64,000 nt of DNA from an uncultured Acidimicrobiaceae bacterium (GCA_963707835.1 CAVPRI010000002.1:132725-196724), one strand, 5' to 3'; numbered from the stretch's first letter, positions 19,094 through 28,548 are shown. Notes: generated from the sequence alone by a model not told the origin. A program made the numbers and translations.

Positions 19094-20257
19094 ATGCCCG
19101 GCTCCATGCGCCAACGCGGTGAGAGGTCGTGGAACCTCAGGGTCTATGCCGGGCGTGATCCGGCTACCGGCCGCAAGGTCTCTGTGGAACGGACGGTGCG
19201 CGGTACCAAGCGCGAGGCATCCAAGGTGTTGGCAGCAATGGTTGCCGAGGTCGACCGACGCCCCGTCGTGTCGGCTGGAAAGGGGACCGTCGCGGATCTC
19301 TGTCGGGAGTGGCTCGACCACGCTGCACCCAGCTTCTCTCCCAAAACCGTCGAGACGACGCGGATGTACATCAACGATCCCATCGTCCCTCTCGTGGGAT
19401 CCATGAAAGTTGCCAAGCTCACCCCGTCCGATCTCGATCGCTTCTATCGCCAGCTCCTCGAGACCGGACGTTCTCGTGGTCCATACGCCCCCGCCACCAT
19501 CAGGCGTGTTCATGGAATCATTCGCAGAGCCCTGACCCAGGGTGTCCGCTGGGGTTGGACCTCGCACAATCCGGCCATCGATGCCTCGCCTCCGAAAGTG
19601 CCGATGAAGGAACTGAAGCCACCGAATCCCGCTCAGGTGGCGCTGGTGTTCAATCATGCTGAAGAGAATGACCCTGATCTGGGGACGTTCATCATGCTGG
19701 CGGCCTCGTCTGGAGCCCGACGAGGGGAGCTCCTGGCGCTCCGCTGGCGCGACGTGGACCTAGCTCTTCGACGTCTTTCGATCGAGCGGGGCATTGTGAG
19801 AGTCGATGGCCACCTGCTCGAACAGGGCACGAAGACGCACCAGAGTCGACGGATCTCACTCGACGATGGCACCGTCGCAGCGTTGAAGGCACACCAGGAG
19901 CGGATGAGGCAACGAGCCAAAGCCGCCAGGGCAACCATCACCCGAGAAGGCTTCGTCTTCAGCCACGCAGTTGACGCTTCGACGCCGTGGGATCCCGACT
20001 CGACGTCCCGGGCCTTCCGGCAGATCTGTCAGCAGGCGGGGGTCACGGGCATTCGACTTCACGACCTCCGGCACTATGTCGCCACCCATCTCCTTGCTGC
20101 GGGCATCGATGTGCGCACCGTTGCGGGGAGACTTGGCCATCGGAACCCGAGCACGACCCTCAACGTGTATTCACATTTCGTACTCGAGACGGACGGATGC
20201 CGCGGACGCGCTCGGTCGGATCTTCGAGGATGCCGCACTCATGACGCGGCGACGTGA
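19094..20257 (+). CDS. int: Tyrosine recombinase / phage-type integrase
   Basis: MRQRGERSWNLRVYAGRDPATGRK.. N-domain. The catalytic motifs are present: SSGARRGELLALRW, IRLHDLRHYVATHLL, LGHRNPSTTLNVYSH. The C-terminus after YSHF is uncertain, because another frame reads AADALGRIFEDAA. Confidence 0.9.
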   Translation: MPGSMRQRGERSWNLRVYAGRDPATGRKVSVERTVRGTKREASKVLAAMVAEVDRRPVVSAGKGTVADLCREWLDHAAPSFSPKTVETTRMYINDPIVPLVGSMKVAKLTPSDLDRFYRQLLETGRSRGPYAPATIRRVHGIIRRALTQGVRWGWTSHNPAIDASPPKVPMKELKPPNPAQVALVFNHAEENDPDLGTFIMLAASSGARRGELLALRWRDVDLALRRLSIERGIVRVDGHLLEQGTKTHQSRRISLDDGTVAALKAHQERMRQRAKAARATITREGFVFSHAVDASTPWDPDSTSRAFRQICQQAGVTGIRLHDLRHYVATHLLAAGIDVRTVAGRLGHRNPSTTLNVYSHFVLETDGCRGRARSDLRGCRTHDAAT

Positions 20258-20375
20258 ACGACGACAACCGAAACAACTCAAGCTAGAGATCCGGCACCCA
20301 AGATGTGGCGATTGCTCCCGCGGCTCGGTCTCTTCGGCAGGGTCGAGATTAGAGGCACGCATCAAGAAGGTCACA

Positions 20376-21662
20376 TCACGGAGTCGGAGGTGGTGCTGCA
20401 GCCGTCAGCGCCACGCGCAGTTGGGCGAGCTGGAGCCCTTCGGCGGCATCCTTTGGTACGTAGCCGAGTCGTCCCATATCGATGATGAACTCCGTGGCTG
20501 CAGCTACTCCGTTCTTGAAAAGGGTGTCTTGTTGGTCCTTGTCGAGATCGAACTGCGTCGCCGTAATGCCATCGTTGTCAACGAAGATCGTTCGAGCCGC
20601 CGTCGCTGACTCGATGGCGTAGACATCCCATTCGTTCATCATGGTCTGCACGCAGTCCAAGCCCAGTCCGAGCGTATGCGTGCAGGCCGATGTCGATCCG
20701 GAATTCGCGACGAAACTGCTCAGTTTGATGCCGATAGTCGGCCAGCGAGGTGGCTTTCCGTCCATTCGATCGAAGGCCGCAATGGGAAAGTTTCGGAGCA
20801 TTCCGCCGTCGACCCAGGTGACTGAACCACCCGCATAGTGCTGCGCCGCCGTACGGCCGCCGGGCATCGGAACGTTCACCGTTGCCTCGGTAGCGTCGAA
20901 CTTAAAGGGCTCGAAGAAGAACGGAATGGACATTGAAGCTCTGACGGCGTCTGCGACGGCCATGTTGTCAGGCTCCTTGCCGTACCTGTTGTAATCCCAA
21001 GGCAGGCGCGCGAGAACTCGCCGAGTGACATCCGACGTGTGCACAAGGAGGCGGTACTGGCGCTCGATCGGAAGGCTCATGCCCGGATCGTCCGCTTGGG
21101 TGATCCGGAGCTGGCCGAAGGTCTCGGCATCGAGCTCTTTCAAAATGGGGCCGAGCCAGTCGTAGAGATAGGTTCCCGAATACAGCCCCATCCGGGTGAG
21201 CAGAATCGAGAAGTCGGCGGTGACTTCACCCGCTCGGTGTCCAATCCGATCCAGGAATTCGTGGATCTTGCCCTCGGGCATGAACTTGGTGAACTCCATA
21301 GTGTCGAGGTATCGCTTCAGATCGATCATCGGCTTGCCGCGCTGGACGATGGCAGCGATCAGAGTGGCAGCAATAGCGCCTGCGCTCGTGCCGGCCACCC
21401 GCTGGATCTTGTAGCCGGCCTCATCGAGTGCCAACACAGCTCCAACGAACGCGATCCCCTTGACGCCTCCGCCTTCAAGTGCAAGATCGCACCGCAGCTC
21501 CGGCGCACTGGGAGGAGCGTCTCCGTCTTCGGTATGCCAAGCATCGAGGTCGAGTAATCGCTGGGCAGCGTCATCGAACTGCCTCTGAAGATCTGGGCTG
21601 CGGGTATACCCTCTCGCCGCCGATGGGTCGATCGTGATCTGGTCAGTGATTGATTGGTCCAT
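20376..21662 (-). CDS. Patatin-like phospholipase
   Basis: From MDQSITDQ.. (ATG 21662): LALEGGGVKGIAFVGAV (oxyanion GGGxKG), RVAGTSAGA (GxSxG), WVDGGMLRNFP (DGG). Confidence 0.85.
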   Translation of the reverse strand: MDQSITDQITIDPSAARGYTRSPDLQRQFDDAAQRLLDLDAWHTEDGDAPPSAPELRCDLALEGGGVKGIAFVGAVLALDEAGYKIQRVAGTSAGAIAATLIAAIVQRGKPMIDLKRYLDTMEFTKFMPEGKIHEFLDRIGHRAGEVTADFSILLTRMGLYSGTYLYDWLGPILKELDAETFGQLRITQADDPGMSLPIERQYRLLVHTSDVTRRVLARLPWDYNRYGKEPDNMAVADAVRASMSIPFFFEPFKFDATEATVNVPMPGGRTAAQHYAGGSVTWVDGGMLRNFPIAAFDRMDGKPPRWPTIGIKLSSFVANSGSTSACTHTLGLGLDCVQTMMNEWDVYAIESATAARTIFVDNDGITATQFDLDKDQQDTLFKNGVAAATEFIIDMGRLGYVPKDAAEGLQLAQLRVALTAAAPPPTP

Positions 21663-22080
21663 TGGTCCCCATTTCTCCCGTCGTGCTCTGCCACTGGTTT
21701 GGACGAACCATTTAGGGCCTGCTGATGGATGCCACCAATATCTACTCACACAGTTGCACTGCAGTGCGAAGCCACCCCGCCGACCTGCCGGGCGCCTCGT
21801 TCCGGGCGAGTCACGATTCGCAGGGACACCAGCGGCCGCATCCATGCCGGCCCTGGCGGGCCGATGGTGTCCATTGTGTGGGCCGGTGTCGGTCCGGGCC
21901 GTCAAGGCACGGCGTCGACGCCTCGGCGGAGCCGACCTATGACTGCCCTGGCGTCCACGACTCGGGCCGAGCGGGCGACTGGCCCAGCAGGCCCCTTACC
22001 AGGAGAGGCGACGTTCCCGTGGACATCGAGGTGGACGTCGACAATGCACGATGGACAGGGCGACCCGGGCATCGGCGAGC

Positions 22081-22311
22081 TCACGGCGTGCTCGAGTCCG
22101 CGCCGTCGCTCGAGCCGGTTTCGACGAGGGCGAGAAGGGCGATCTTGGGCACGAGACGGCGTCGGCCGAGGCAGATGGCGGGGAGCTCTCCTCGAGCGAC
22201 GAGCTCGTACGCGAAGGCTCGAGAGATCCCGAGCAACGCTGCCGCTTCGCCAACGCTATAGACGAGTCGATCGGTACGCGGTTCGAGACAGGCGCTCGTC
22301 TCGGTGTCCAT
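22081..22311 (-). CDS. xis: Excisionase/AlpA-type helix-turn-helix DNA-binding protein
   Basis: 76 aa with LVYSVGEAAALLGISRAFAYELVARGELPAICLGRRRLVPK. An AAGGAGG RBS lies 5 nt upstream. Confidence 0.75.
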   Translation of the reverse strand: MDTETSACLEPRTDRLVYSVGEAAALLGISRAFAYELVARGELPAICLGRRRLVPKIALLALVETGSSDGADSSTP

Positions 22312-22667
22312 TGCAGCCTCCTTGGCAAAAGGAATCTCCTTCCCTACCTACAGATGGGCAACGAGCGACCCCGTTTGGGACAACACCCAGGTCAGCGCCC
22401 TGGAGAATCGGTCATCGAGAGGCCGAATTTGGACCACGGTTGATCGCGATTACCGGGGAGACCAAGACCACGGAACAACGTAATGAACCAGAGGGTGGAC
22501 GTGGACGAAAGGGGGTGACGACGAACGACGGCGAGCGACCGGAAGGCGAAATTCAGGATCTCAAGGGCGAGAGTCGGCAGGAGTGTGCCGAAGATCTCAC
22601 GCACAATCAGACTCAGACGATCAGGATTCTTCTGTACTCCCTCAAGCCGCGGGGCCGTCGGCGGTTG

Positions 22668-23040
22668 TCAATCGCTGACCGGGTTGACTGGCTCTCCGAA
22701 GATAACTTCGACACCCATCCGGCGGATTGCAGGCTGCGGCCCTCCGGCCCATGCGGGTTCCACACGGCCGTCGTGCATGAACTCCGGCGGGCGACTGCAG
22801 CAATGGCTACAGAGTTCGAGTCGACCGAGAACGGAAGCGGACCGGTTGCTCGTTGTACTCCTCAAGAGCATGAGCCAGCCAGCCAGCTGTCCGGCCCACA
22901 ATCAGTATTGTTTCGGCGGAGTCGCGAGCAGGGGGAAGTCGCTGACCCGGCTTCGCCTTTCCCTCGGCGATCTGGGTCGAGTGGCTGACGCAGTTGCGGA
23001 CCGTATTCTCGGCGCAGATTTTCCGGCCCGCTTTCACCAC
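22668..23040 (-). pseudogene. Decayed citrate-synthase-like C-terminal fragment (tentative)
   Basis: ORF 22807..23040 contains ..ETILIVGRTAGWLAHALEEYNEQPVRFRS, resembling the conserved (G)R(T)xGWxAHxxEQ...RP helix of citrate/methylcitrate synthases. Neighbouring pieces lie in other frames, and there is no intact N-part. Confidence 0.35.
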
Positions 23041-23237
23041 CCAGCCGCAATGGATCCTCGTCAGGGGGCTCTCCGATGGTCCGCGGCTGAGCGATCACAT
23101 TGGGCGCCGCGAAGTCCCGCGGCGGCCCTAAGGTCTTGAATCACCGGTCAGGGTTGCGACAATGAGGAGTGAGGCCGCAGCGCGCCAGACAGCCAAGATC
23201 GGCATTGCAGACCTGTTGGGAACCTCGAGAGGAACTG

Positions 23238-24215
23238 ATGATGGATGAAAAGAGACCGTCCCTGCACGTCCCTGCCCGCGACATACCAGTTCCACGCTCG
23301 GTGAGCGTCGAGGCTCAAGCACTCATTTCGATGGGTCGGTTTGCCGAAGACATCACATATCCTCCCGTCGACGATCTCGATGCATGGAGAGCATTCGTTG
23401 CCAGGGGCGAGGAACTCATGGGCCCCGTGGTTGCGCGCGCTGACGGATTCGGTGCCACGGTGACGGAGAGAGATATCGCCGGCGTCTGCGTGTTCGTCAT
23501 CAGCCCGCAGGGTACCGAAACGACAGATCCACGCCGCTATCTCGACATCCATGGTGGCGGCCTCACCGGTGGAGCAGGACCCCTTTGTAAGGCGATGGGG
23601 ATCATCGCGGCCCAGCGCATGCAGGCGCAGACGTGGGCCGTCGACTACCGCATGCCACCTGATCATCCGTATCCGACGCCGTTGGATGACTGCGTCGCCG
23701 TGTATCGCGTGATGCTCGAGGAGTGCGGCGCCGAGAACATCGTGGTCGGAGGCGAGTCAGCGGGTGGCAATCTCGCGCCCGCTCTCGTGCTCCGTGCCCG
23801 CGACGAGGGTCTTCCGTTGCCGACAGGACTCGTGCTCCTGACGCCTGAGCTCGATCTCACCGAATCGGGTGACTCCTTCCAGACGAACCTTGGCGTCGAC
23901 GCCACCCTCAACGGGAGCCTCATGGGAGCGAATCTGCTCTATGCGGGTGGGCACGACCTTGAAGACCCGTACGTCTCACCGCTCTTCGGAGACTTTACGA
24001 AGGGATTTCCCCCGACAATTCTCACCGCGGGCACGCGTGATCTCTTCCTTTCCAATGCAGTGCGCATGCATCGTGCCCTGCGGAGCGCCGGTATCGAAGC
24101 GCACCTGCACATCAAGGAAGCCGCATCTCACAGCGCCTTCTTCGGCACGGCTCCCGAAGATGAAGAAATCGACGAAGAAGTACGCACCTTCGCTCAACGC
24201 CGATGGGCGGCGTGA
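23238..24215 (+). CDS. Alpha/beta-hydrolase-fold-3 esterase/lipase (HSL family)
   Basis: LDIHGGGLTGG (HGGG oxyanion box), VVGGESAGGNLA (GxSxG), ..HLHIKEAASHSAF. Start at ATG 23238. Confidence 0.85.
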   Translation: MMDEKRPSLHVPARDIPVPRSVSVEAQALISMGRFAEDITYPPVDDLDAWRAFVARGEELMGPVVARADGFGATVTERDIAGVCVFVISPQGTETTDPRRYLDIHGGGLTGGAGPLCKAMGIIAAQRMQAQTWAVDYRMPPDHPYPTPLDDCVAVYRVMLEECGAENIVVGGESAGGNLAPALVLRARDEGLPLPTGLVLLTPELDLTESGDSFQTNLGVDATLNGSLMGANLLYAGGHDLEDPYVSPLFGDFTKGFPPTILTAGTRDLFLSNAVRMHRALRSAGIEAHLHIKEAASHSAFFGTAPEDEEIDEEVRTFAQRRWAA

Positions 24216-24667
24216 CCCATCGCTAGCGAAGGCTCTTGCCAATGTGGCCTCTTCTTGTTTCTCGGATCGTGATGGCGAAGCCAACGAGTGGGCTTCTTAG
24301 GGCCGTACAGGTGGTCGACGGGGTGGAAACTGGGTGACAGAGCCGCACGTCAGGAAACCCGCCAGACCCAAAGGGACGAAAACCACTACCTTGCCAACGT
24401 GATGGTCAACTAACCCGCTGAAGACTTGTTCGTCGACGGGAACGGCCTACAGTTTCGGGGCGACCCGAGTGAAGGACTCATAAGGCTCAATCAAAGTGCC
24501 CGAGGATTGGTCTGAGAGATCCCACAGAAATCCCACGGAACGGCTTCAGGCTGTCACAAGCTTCTTCCCTGGCAGGAGTGGATGGGGGCTCGATTATCCC
24601 AGCTAGAGCGCTGAATCATCCATGCTGGAGCAAACTCCCCGACCCACCAAAGACAGTCGAAATAGGT

Positions 24668-24712
24668 CTCATAACCCGAAGGTCGGAGGTTCAAATCCTC
24701 CCCCCGCCACCA
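24668..24712 (+). pseudogene. tRNA-Met(CAT)-like 3' fragment (anticodon loop to CCA) with no matching 5' half
   Basis: CTCATAA-CCCGA-AGGTC-GGAGG-TTCAAAT-CCTCC-CCCCGCC-A-CCA. Upstream there is no GGCGGGG acceptor strand and no TCGGG anticodon-stem partner. Confidence 0.7.
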
Positions 24713-24764
24713 AAGAAAGTGCAGGTCAGGGCCACTGGCTCGCGCGTCCTCGGTACGGCACTCT

Positions 24765-24818
24765 CCGCTCGTGCCGCTCGTGCCGCTCGTGCCGCTCGTG
24801 CCGCTCATGCCGCTCGTG
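24765..24818. repeat. Perfect-phase 9-bp tandem repeat, six units (CCGCTCGTG x5 plus one CCGCTCATG)
   Basis: Counted base by base in lines 24721-24840. It lies in an 0.8-kb stretch with no credible ORF. Confidence 0.95.
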
Positions 24819-25027
24819 GGCTGGCATCTTGTCTGACAACCTTGGCCCGCGTGCTCGCCCGCGTCGGCGCTGGGTTCGCTCCGCCTGGGGCCTGTCGAAC
24901 TTGCGAACACCTCCAGCCAAGGCCGGCAGGACCTTCGACCCTACCTAGCAGCCACCCGGCCCGCGTATGGTTTCGTGAGATGGCCTGATGGCCGTTTCGG
25001 CCGTCGATCCGAAACGAGGAGGTCGCC

Positions 25028-25447
25028 ATGACCAAGGAAAGAGATCTTGCCTATTACGTTGCCGTCTACGACAGCGTCGATTCCGCTAGGGCTGATCTTG
25101 AAGCCATCGAGCAGCTCCACAAAGACGATCTCATCGGAACGTTCGACGCAGCTATCGTCGATAAAGAGAATGGCAAGCCGCACATCGTCAAGCGGATGGC
25201 CCGACCTATGGTGCGAGTGATCCCAGATTTTTTCGGCGACGACTTTGCGTTGCTGCCGTACGACGAGCTGCATGGAGCGGCTGCCGAGCTCAACGCCAGC
25301 GAGGCGGGCCTGATCGTGGTGGGAGAGCCAACCCTCGACAAGGCGTTCGACAAGGCCGTCACTCACGCGACCAAGACCCTGAAGCACGTCGTCGACGCGA
25401 CCGCGGATGAGCTGGCGAAGGAGATGAAGGAGGCTGTGGGAACCTGA
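25028..25447 (+). CDS. Hypothetical soluble protein. The N-terminal part resembles the soluble domain of DUF1269-type stress proteins (tentative).
   Basis: GAGGAGG RBS. Reads MTKERDLAYYVAVYDSVDSARADLEAIEQLHKDDLIGTFDAAIVDKENGKPHIVK... Confidence 0.5.
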   Translation: MTKERDLAYYVAVYDSVDSARADLEAIEQLHKDDLIGTFDAAIVDKENGKPHIVKRMARPMVRVIPDFFGDDFALLPYDELHGAAAELNASEAGLIVVGEPTLDKAFDKAVTHATKTLKHVVDATADELAKEMKEAVGT

Positions 25448-25642
25448 ACCGCCCCGGGTTTGGCGACTGCTCGGATGGACCGGGCGTCGCGGGAGATGGG
25501 GCTTCAGGACTGCCTCAAATCCGCGCGCTACACAGCCGGTTGCTTGTTCCTAACCGATGTTCGTGGGGTGGTGTGAGGAGATGAAGACCACTTCGCCAGA
25601 TCCCGTAATGCCCAATCGCGTCGAATCGACGGAGGGTGGACG

Positions 25643-26209
25643 ATGTTCAATTCGGAACTGCGAGAGGCTTCGTCGGATCTGAGGGACGAGTGGTGGGCGT
25701 TTCTCGTCTTTGGCATCGCCTGGTTCGTCATTGCCATCGTCGTTCTTAGGCTCGATCTCACCTCGGTCGCGACGGTTGGCATCCTACTCGGCGCGGTCTT
25801 CTTGTTCACCTCCGTCCAGGAATTCGCAATCGCCGCCCTCCGATGGGGCGGCTGGGGGATTTTCCACGTCATCATCGGCATCTTTTTCGTCGGCGGCGCC
25901 ATCTGGTGCTTCATCGCCCCGTTCGACGCGTTCTGGTCGCTCGCCGCCGTGCTGGGTCTCCTACTGATCATCAAGGGTGCCTACGACATCACCTACGCGG
26001 CGATGTCACGGGCGATCAACCCGCTCTGGTGGCTGGGCCTCGTCGTCGGCCTTCTCGAAATCGGCCTGGGCTTTTGGGCCTCTCAGCAGTACACGCCGGC
26101 ACGGGCTGTCTTGCTGCTGCTTTGGGTGGGCTTCTACGCCATCTTCCGAGGACTCAGCGACATCGTGGTCGCCTTTGAGATCCGAAACCCCCGGCTGACC
26201 AGCGCATAA
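25643..26209 (+). CDS. HdeD/DUF308-family membrane protein
   Basis: Six hydrophobic helices. WWAFLVFGIAWFVIAIVVL, ILLGAVFLFTSV, LLIIKGAYDI and LLLLWVGFYAIFRGLSDIV are typical of the DUF308 repeat pattern. Confidence 0.7.
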   Translation: MFNSELREASSDLRDEWWAFLVFGIAWFVIAIVVLRLDLTSVATVGILLGAVFLFTSVQEFAIAALRWGGWGIFHVIIGIFFVGGAIWCFIAPFDAFWSLAAVLGLLLIIKGAYDITYAAMSRAINPLWWLGLVVGLLEIGLGFWASQQYTPARAVLLLLWVGFYAIFRGLSDIVVAFEIRNPRLTSA

Positions 26210-26243
26210 CCCTTACCGGTATTCTCGGCGTTCACACACAAGC

Positions 26244-26275
26244 AAGGAGACGCCGCTCACACTAGTGGTCTCCTT
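26244..26275. terminator. Hairpin AAGGAGAC-N16-GTCTCCTT between convergent genes. Weak terminator candidate.
   Basis: An 8-bp perfect stem read directly. There is no clear T-tract. Confidence 0.2.
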
Positions 26276-26455
26276 CATGACTGGCCGAGGTATCGCTCCC
26301 CGTCCGGCCTTGCCTGTTATGCGCTCCCGGATCCTCGAATCCCATCTCTCAAAGCGCCCGGTGTTGCTCAGATGGTCTTTCCCCGGGCCCTACATGGTGG
26401 CCGCCCTCGGGGGGAGTGGGTCATCGGCTCGTAAGTCCGGCGCCTGAGGGGCCGC

Positions 26456-27641
26456 TCACCCCGTCGCCAGCGCCGGCCCACCGGAGACGCCCGGCGGCCC
26501 GTAACGCCGTCGGAAGGCGAGATACGCGAACGGCCCCACGAACATCGGCAGCCAATAGGAGATGATCCGGTAGGCCAGCGTGGCCACGACGGCGTCGCCG
26601 CTCGGTATGCCCGCCAGGATGAGCAGCGCGGCTCAGCCCGGCCTCCACGATCCCGAGCCCGCCGGGCGTGAAGGGAAGCAGCGCGAGCAGACCGGCCACC
26701 GCGTAGGCCACAAGCACCAAAGACGGGTTGGGCTCGGCCCCCGTCGCTTTGAGCGTCGCCAGCAGACACCCGAAGTCGAAGGCCAGCCGCCCGGTGCTGA
26801 ACAGCACGGCCTGCTTCCACTTCTGGCCGAGCACGCCCCGGGTGCGGTTGCGCTCGTAGACCAGGCGGTCCGGCAAACCAGTCATGGGTTCGGCCTTGCG
26901 CCTGATGCGGTTGCGCACCGCCTGCACGACACTCCCGGCGCAACGGACAGGCCGGTCAGTTCCCAGCACGATGGCGCTGAAGCCGGCGAAGAGCACGAAC
27001 GCGACGATGCCGAGGAGCGCCGCATGCTCCAGGCCGTTGGCGATCGGCGTGCCGGCGATGATGGCCGGCAGGACGAAGATAGGCAGCGCCAGCAGCCCGC
27101 CGACCTCCAGCAGCGAGAAGGCGGTGAGGCCGCTGACCGCCGTCGTCGTGTCCTGCCCCGCCATGGTGAGCATCCGGATCTGGGTCGCCGCTCCGAGGGC
27201 GCTCCCGCCCGGCACCACGAGGCTGATGGCGTTACCCGCCAGCTGCGACGTGGCCACCGAGAACCAGGCCTTGGTCCCCAGGGCCAACCGCTGCAGCGAG
27301 ATGGTGCAGGTGAAGTGGGCGATCTCGAGGAGCACGGCCAACGAAAACCACACCGGATCGAGCGACGTCAGCTTTGGCCAGGAGGCGAAGACTTCGGTGA
27401 GGCTGGGGAACACCAGGTAGATGGTGATGCCGGCCACCACCGCCGTGATGGTCTTCTTCAGGATCGACCGCCACGGCAGAGGTGACTCGACGTCGTGCTC
27501 TATCCGGGTGACCAGGTGCTGGGACATCACGTCGCTGCAGGCTCCGCTTGCCTCCGGTTGAGCCGGAGCGGCCTCCCGCTCCGGCTCCCGCTCCTGTTCC
27601 GGGTGTTCCGGCTCTTGTTCCGGGTCGTCCTGCGTCGCCAC
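26456..27641 (-). CDS. UPF0104 / lysylphosphatidylglycerol-synthase-TM-region-like (flippase-like) membrane protein. Frame break near 26628-26634.
   Basis: ORF 26421..27641 runs up to ..LLPFTPGGLGIVEAGLS. Shifting one base gives ALLILAGIPSGDAVVATLAYRIISYWLPMFVGPFAYLAFRRRY..-stop at 26456. Confidence 0.7.
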
Positions 27642-27678
27642 CGCCGCGTCTGCTCTCGGTGACGAACGGACGGCCTGA

Positions 27679-28080
27679 CTAGCTGGCCAGGATCTTGGCC
27701 TTCTCGGCCTCGTACTCGGCGTCGGAGAGCACGCCCTTCGCCTTGAGGTCGGCCAGCTTGGAGATCTGGTCCGCGCTGGTGGCGCCGGGGGTCCCTGCCG
27801 CCTGCCGGATGTATTGGTCCATCGCCTTCTGCTGCTGCGCCGCGTCCCGCGCCGACCGCTCGTGCATCTTGTCGCCGCGGGCGATGATGTACACGAAGAC
27901 GCCGAGGAACGGCAAGATGATGATAAAGATCACCCACAGGGCCTTGGCCCCGCCCCCCATGTCGTGGCTGCGGAAGATGTCCATGAACACATAGATCAGC
28001 AACCAGATCCAGATGATGAAGAGGAAGAAGTACAGCATCGTCAGGAAGGCATCGAGCGCCGGGTAGCTGGAAGCAAGCAT
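27679..28080 (-). CDS. PLD-nuclease-N-terminal (PLDc_N) membrane domain plus SHOCT-domain protein
   Basis: From ATG 28080 (AAGGAGA RBS): MLASSYPALDAFLTMLYFFLFIIWIWLLIYVFMDIF..ALWVIFIIILPFLGVFVYII.. and C-terminal ISKLADLKAKGVLSDAEYEAEKAKIL. Confidence 0.75.
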   Translation of the reverse strand: MLASSYPALDAFLTMLYFFLFIIWIWLLIYVFMDIFRSHDMGGGAKALWVIFIIILPFLGVFVYIIARGDKMHERSARDAAQQQKAMDQYIRQAAGTPGATSADQISKLADLKAKGVLSDAEYEAEKAKILAS

Positions 28081-28548
28081 CGGGAATCTCCTTGTGGTCC
28101 TTGGGTCGGCGAGTACACCGGCCCCTGCAACTCCCTGTTTAGCCCGAATGGCCCCTGCGGGTGCCAAGAACCCCATCCACGGCAATCCACTAGGTGATAT
28201 TCATGGATTGGTCCGCTGGGCCGATCGAGTCGACGGAGTCTGAAACGGAAGCACATTCCGGCGTCCTGGGCGCGGGAGTCGTTGGCATCGGCGGTATCAA
28301 GCCGAGGATCGCGGCAGTGCAGCAGCGCATCGACCGCCACGACGTGACGCCGCGGTCCATGGGAGAGCCCAATTCGATGCGCGGACAGTTCGACTTCAGC
28401 GGAAGCCCAGCAATCGCCGCCTTCTAAGCTTCTAGCCGACGGGAGTCGTGGCAAACGGCTCAACCGAGTAACCGGCCCACAGGGTCAAGCGCAGCGGGCA
28501 CATGGAGATCGAGGTGGGTATCGACTCCACCGGTCACGGCCCGCGCCG

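Larger units (their letters stand above)
18966..24736. mobile_element. Candidate integrative islet (int, patatin, xis, esterase) 3' of tRNA-Glu. The right limit is tentative.
   Basis: The integrase gene starts 128 nt after the tRNA. GC is lower (31/60 and 32/60 in lines 20461 and 20521, versus 41/60 in line 8401). CAAAGAAAG occurs at both proposed ends (18966-18974 and 24711-24719). A tRNA-like 3' fragment sits at the right end. Confidence 0.5.

Noticed and set aside
19971-20609. An alternative frame giving the integrase a ..AADALGRIFEDAA.. C-terminus, which would be another frame break at ~20195.
   Set aside because: That frame then runs 130 further codons without a stop, antisense into the patatin gene. 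I cannot decide between the frames without an alignment, so the listed stop at 20257 is kept.
21902-22084. A 60-codon CxxC ORF coupled by GTGA to the excisionase gene, considered as a real small protein.
   Set aside because: Its composition is Gly/Pro/Arg/Val-rich and no family is recognisable. It is mentioned under the islet finding but not called as a feature.
24584-24712. Possibility that this stretch is a complete tRNA-Met, an intron-containing tRNA or a tmRNA (it starts GGGGGCTCGATT.. and ends with a tRNA-like CCA end).
   Set aside because: The 5' end cannot pair with the CCCCGCC acceptor strand. The span is only ~130 nt, against ~360 nt for a tmRNA. No tag-peptide ORF or pseudoknot-like organisation is visible. 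Only the 3' 45 nt are tRNA-like.
24765-24818. A CRISPR array.
   Set aside because: The unit is only 9 bp, with no spacers and no cas genes. It is a simple tandem repeat.
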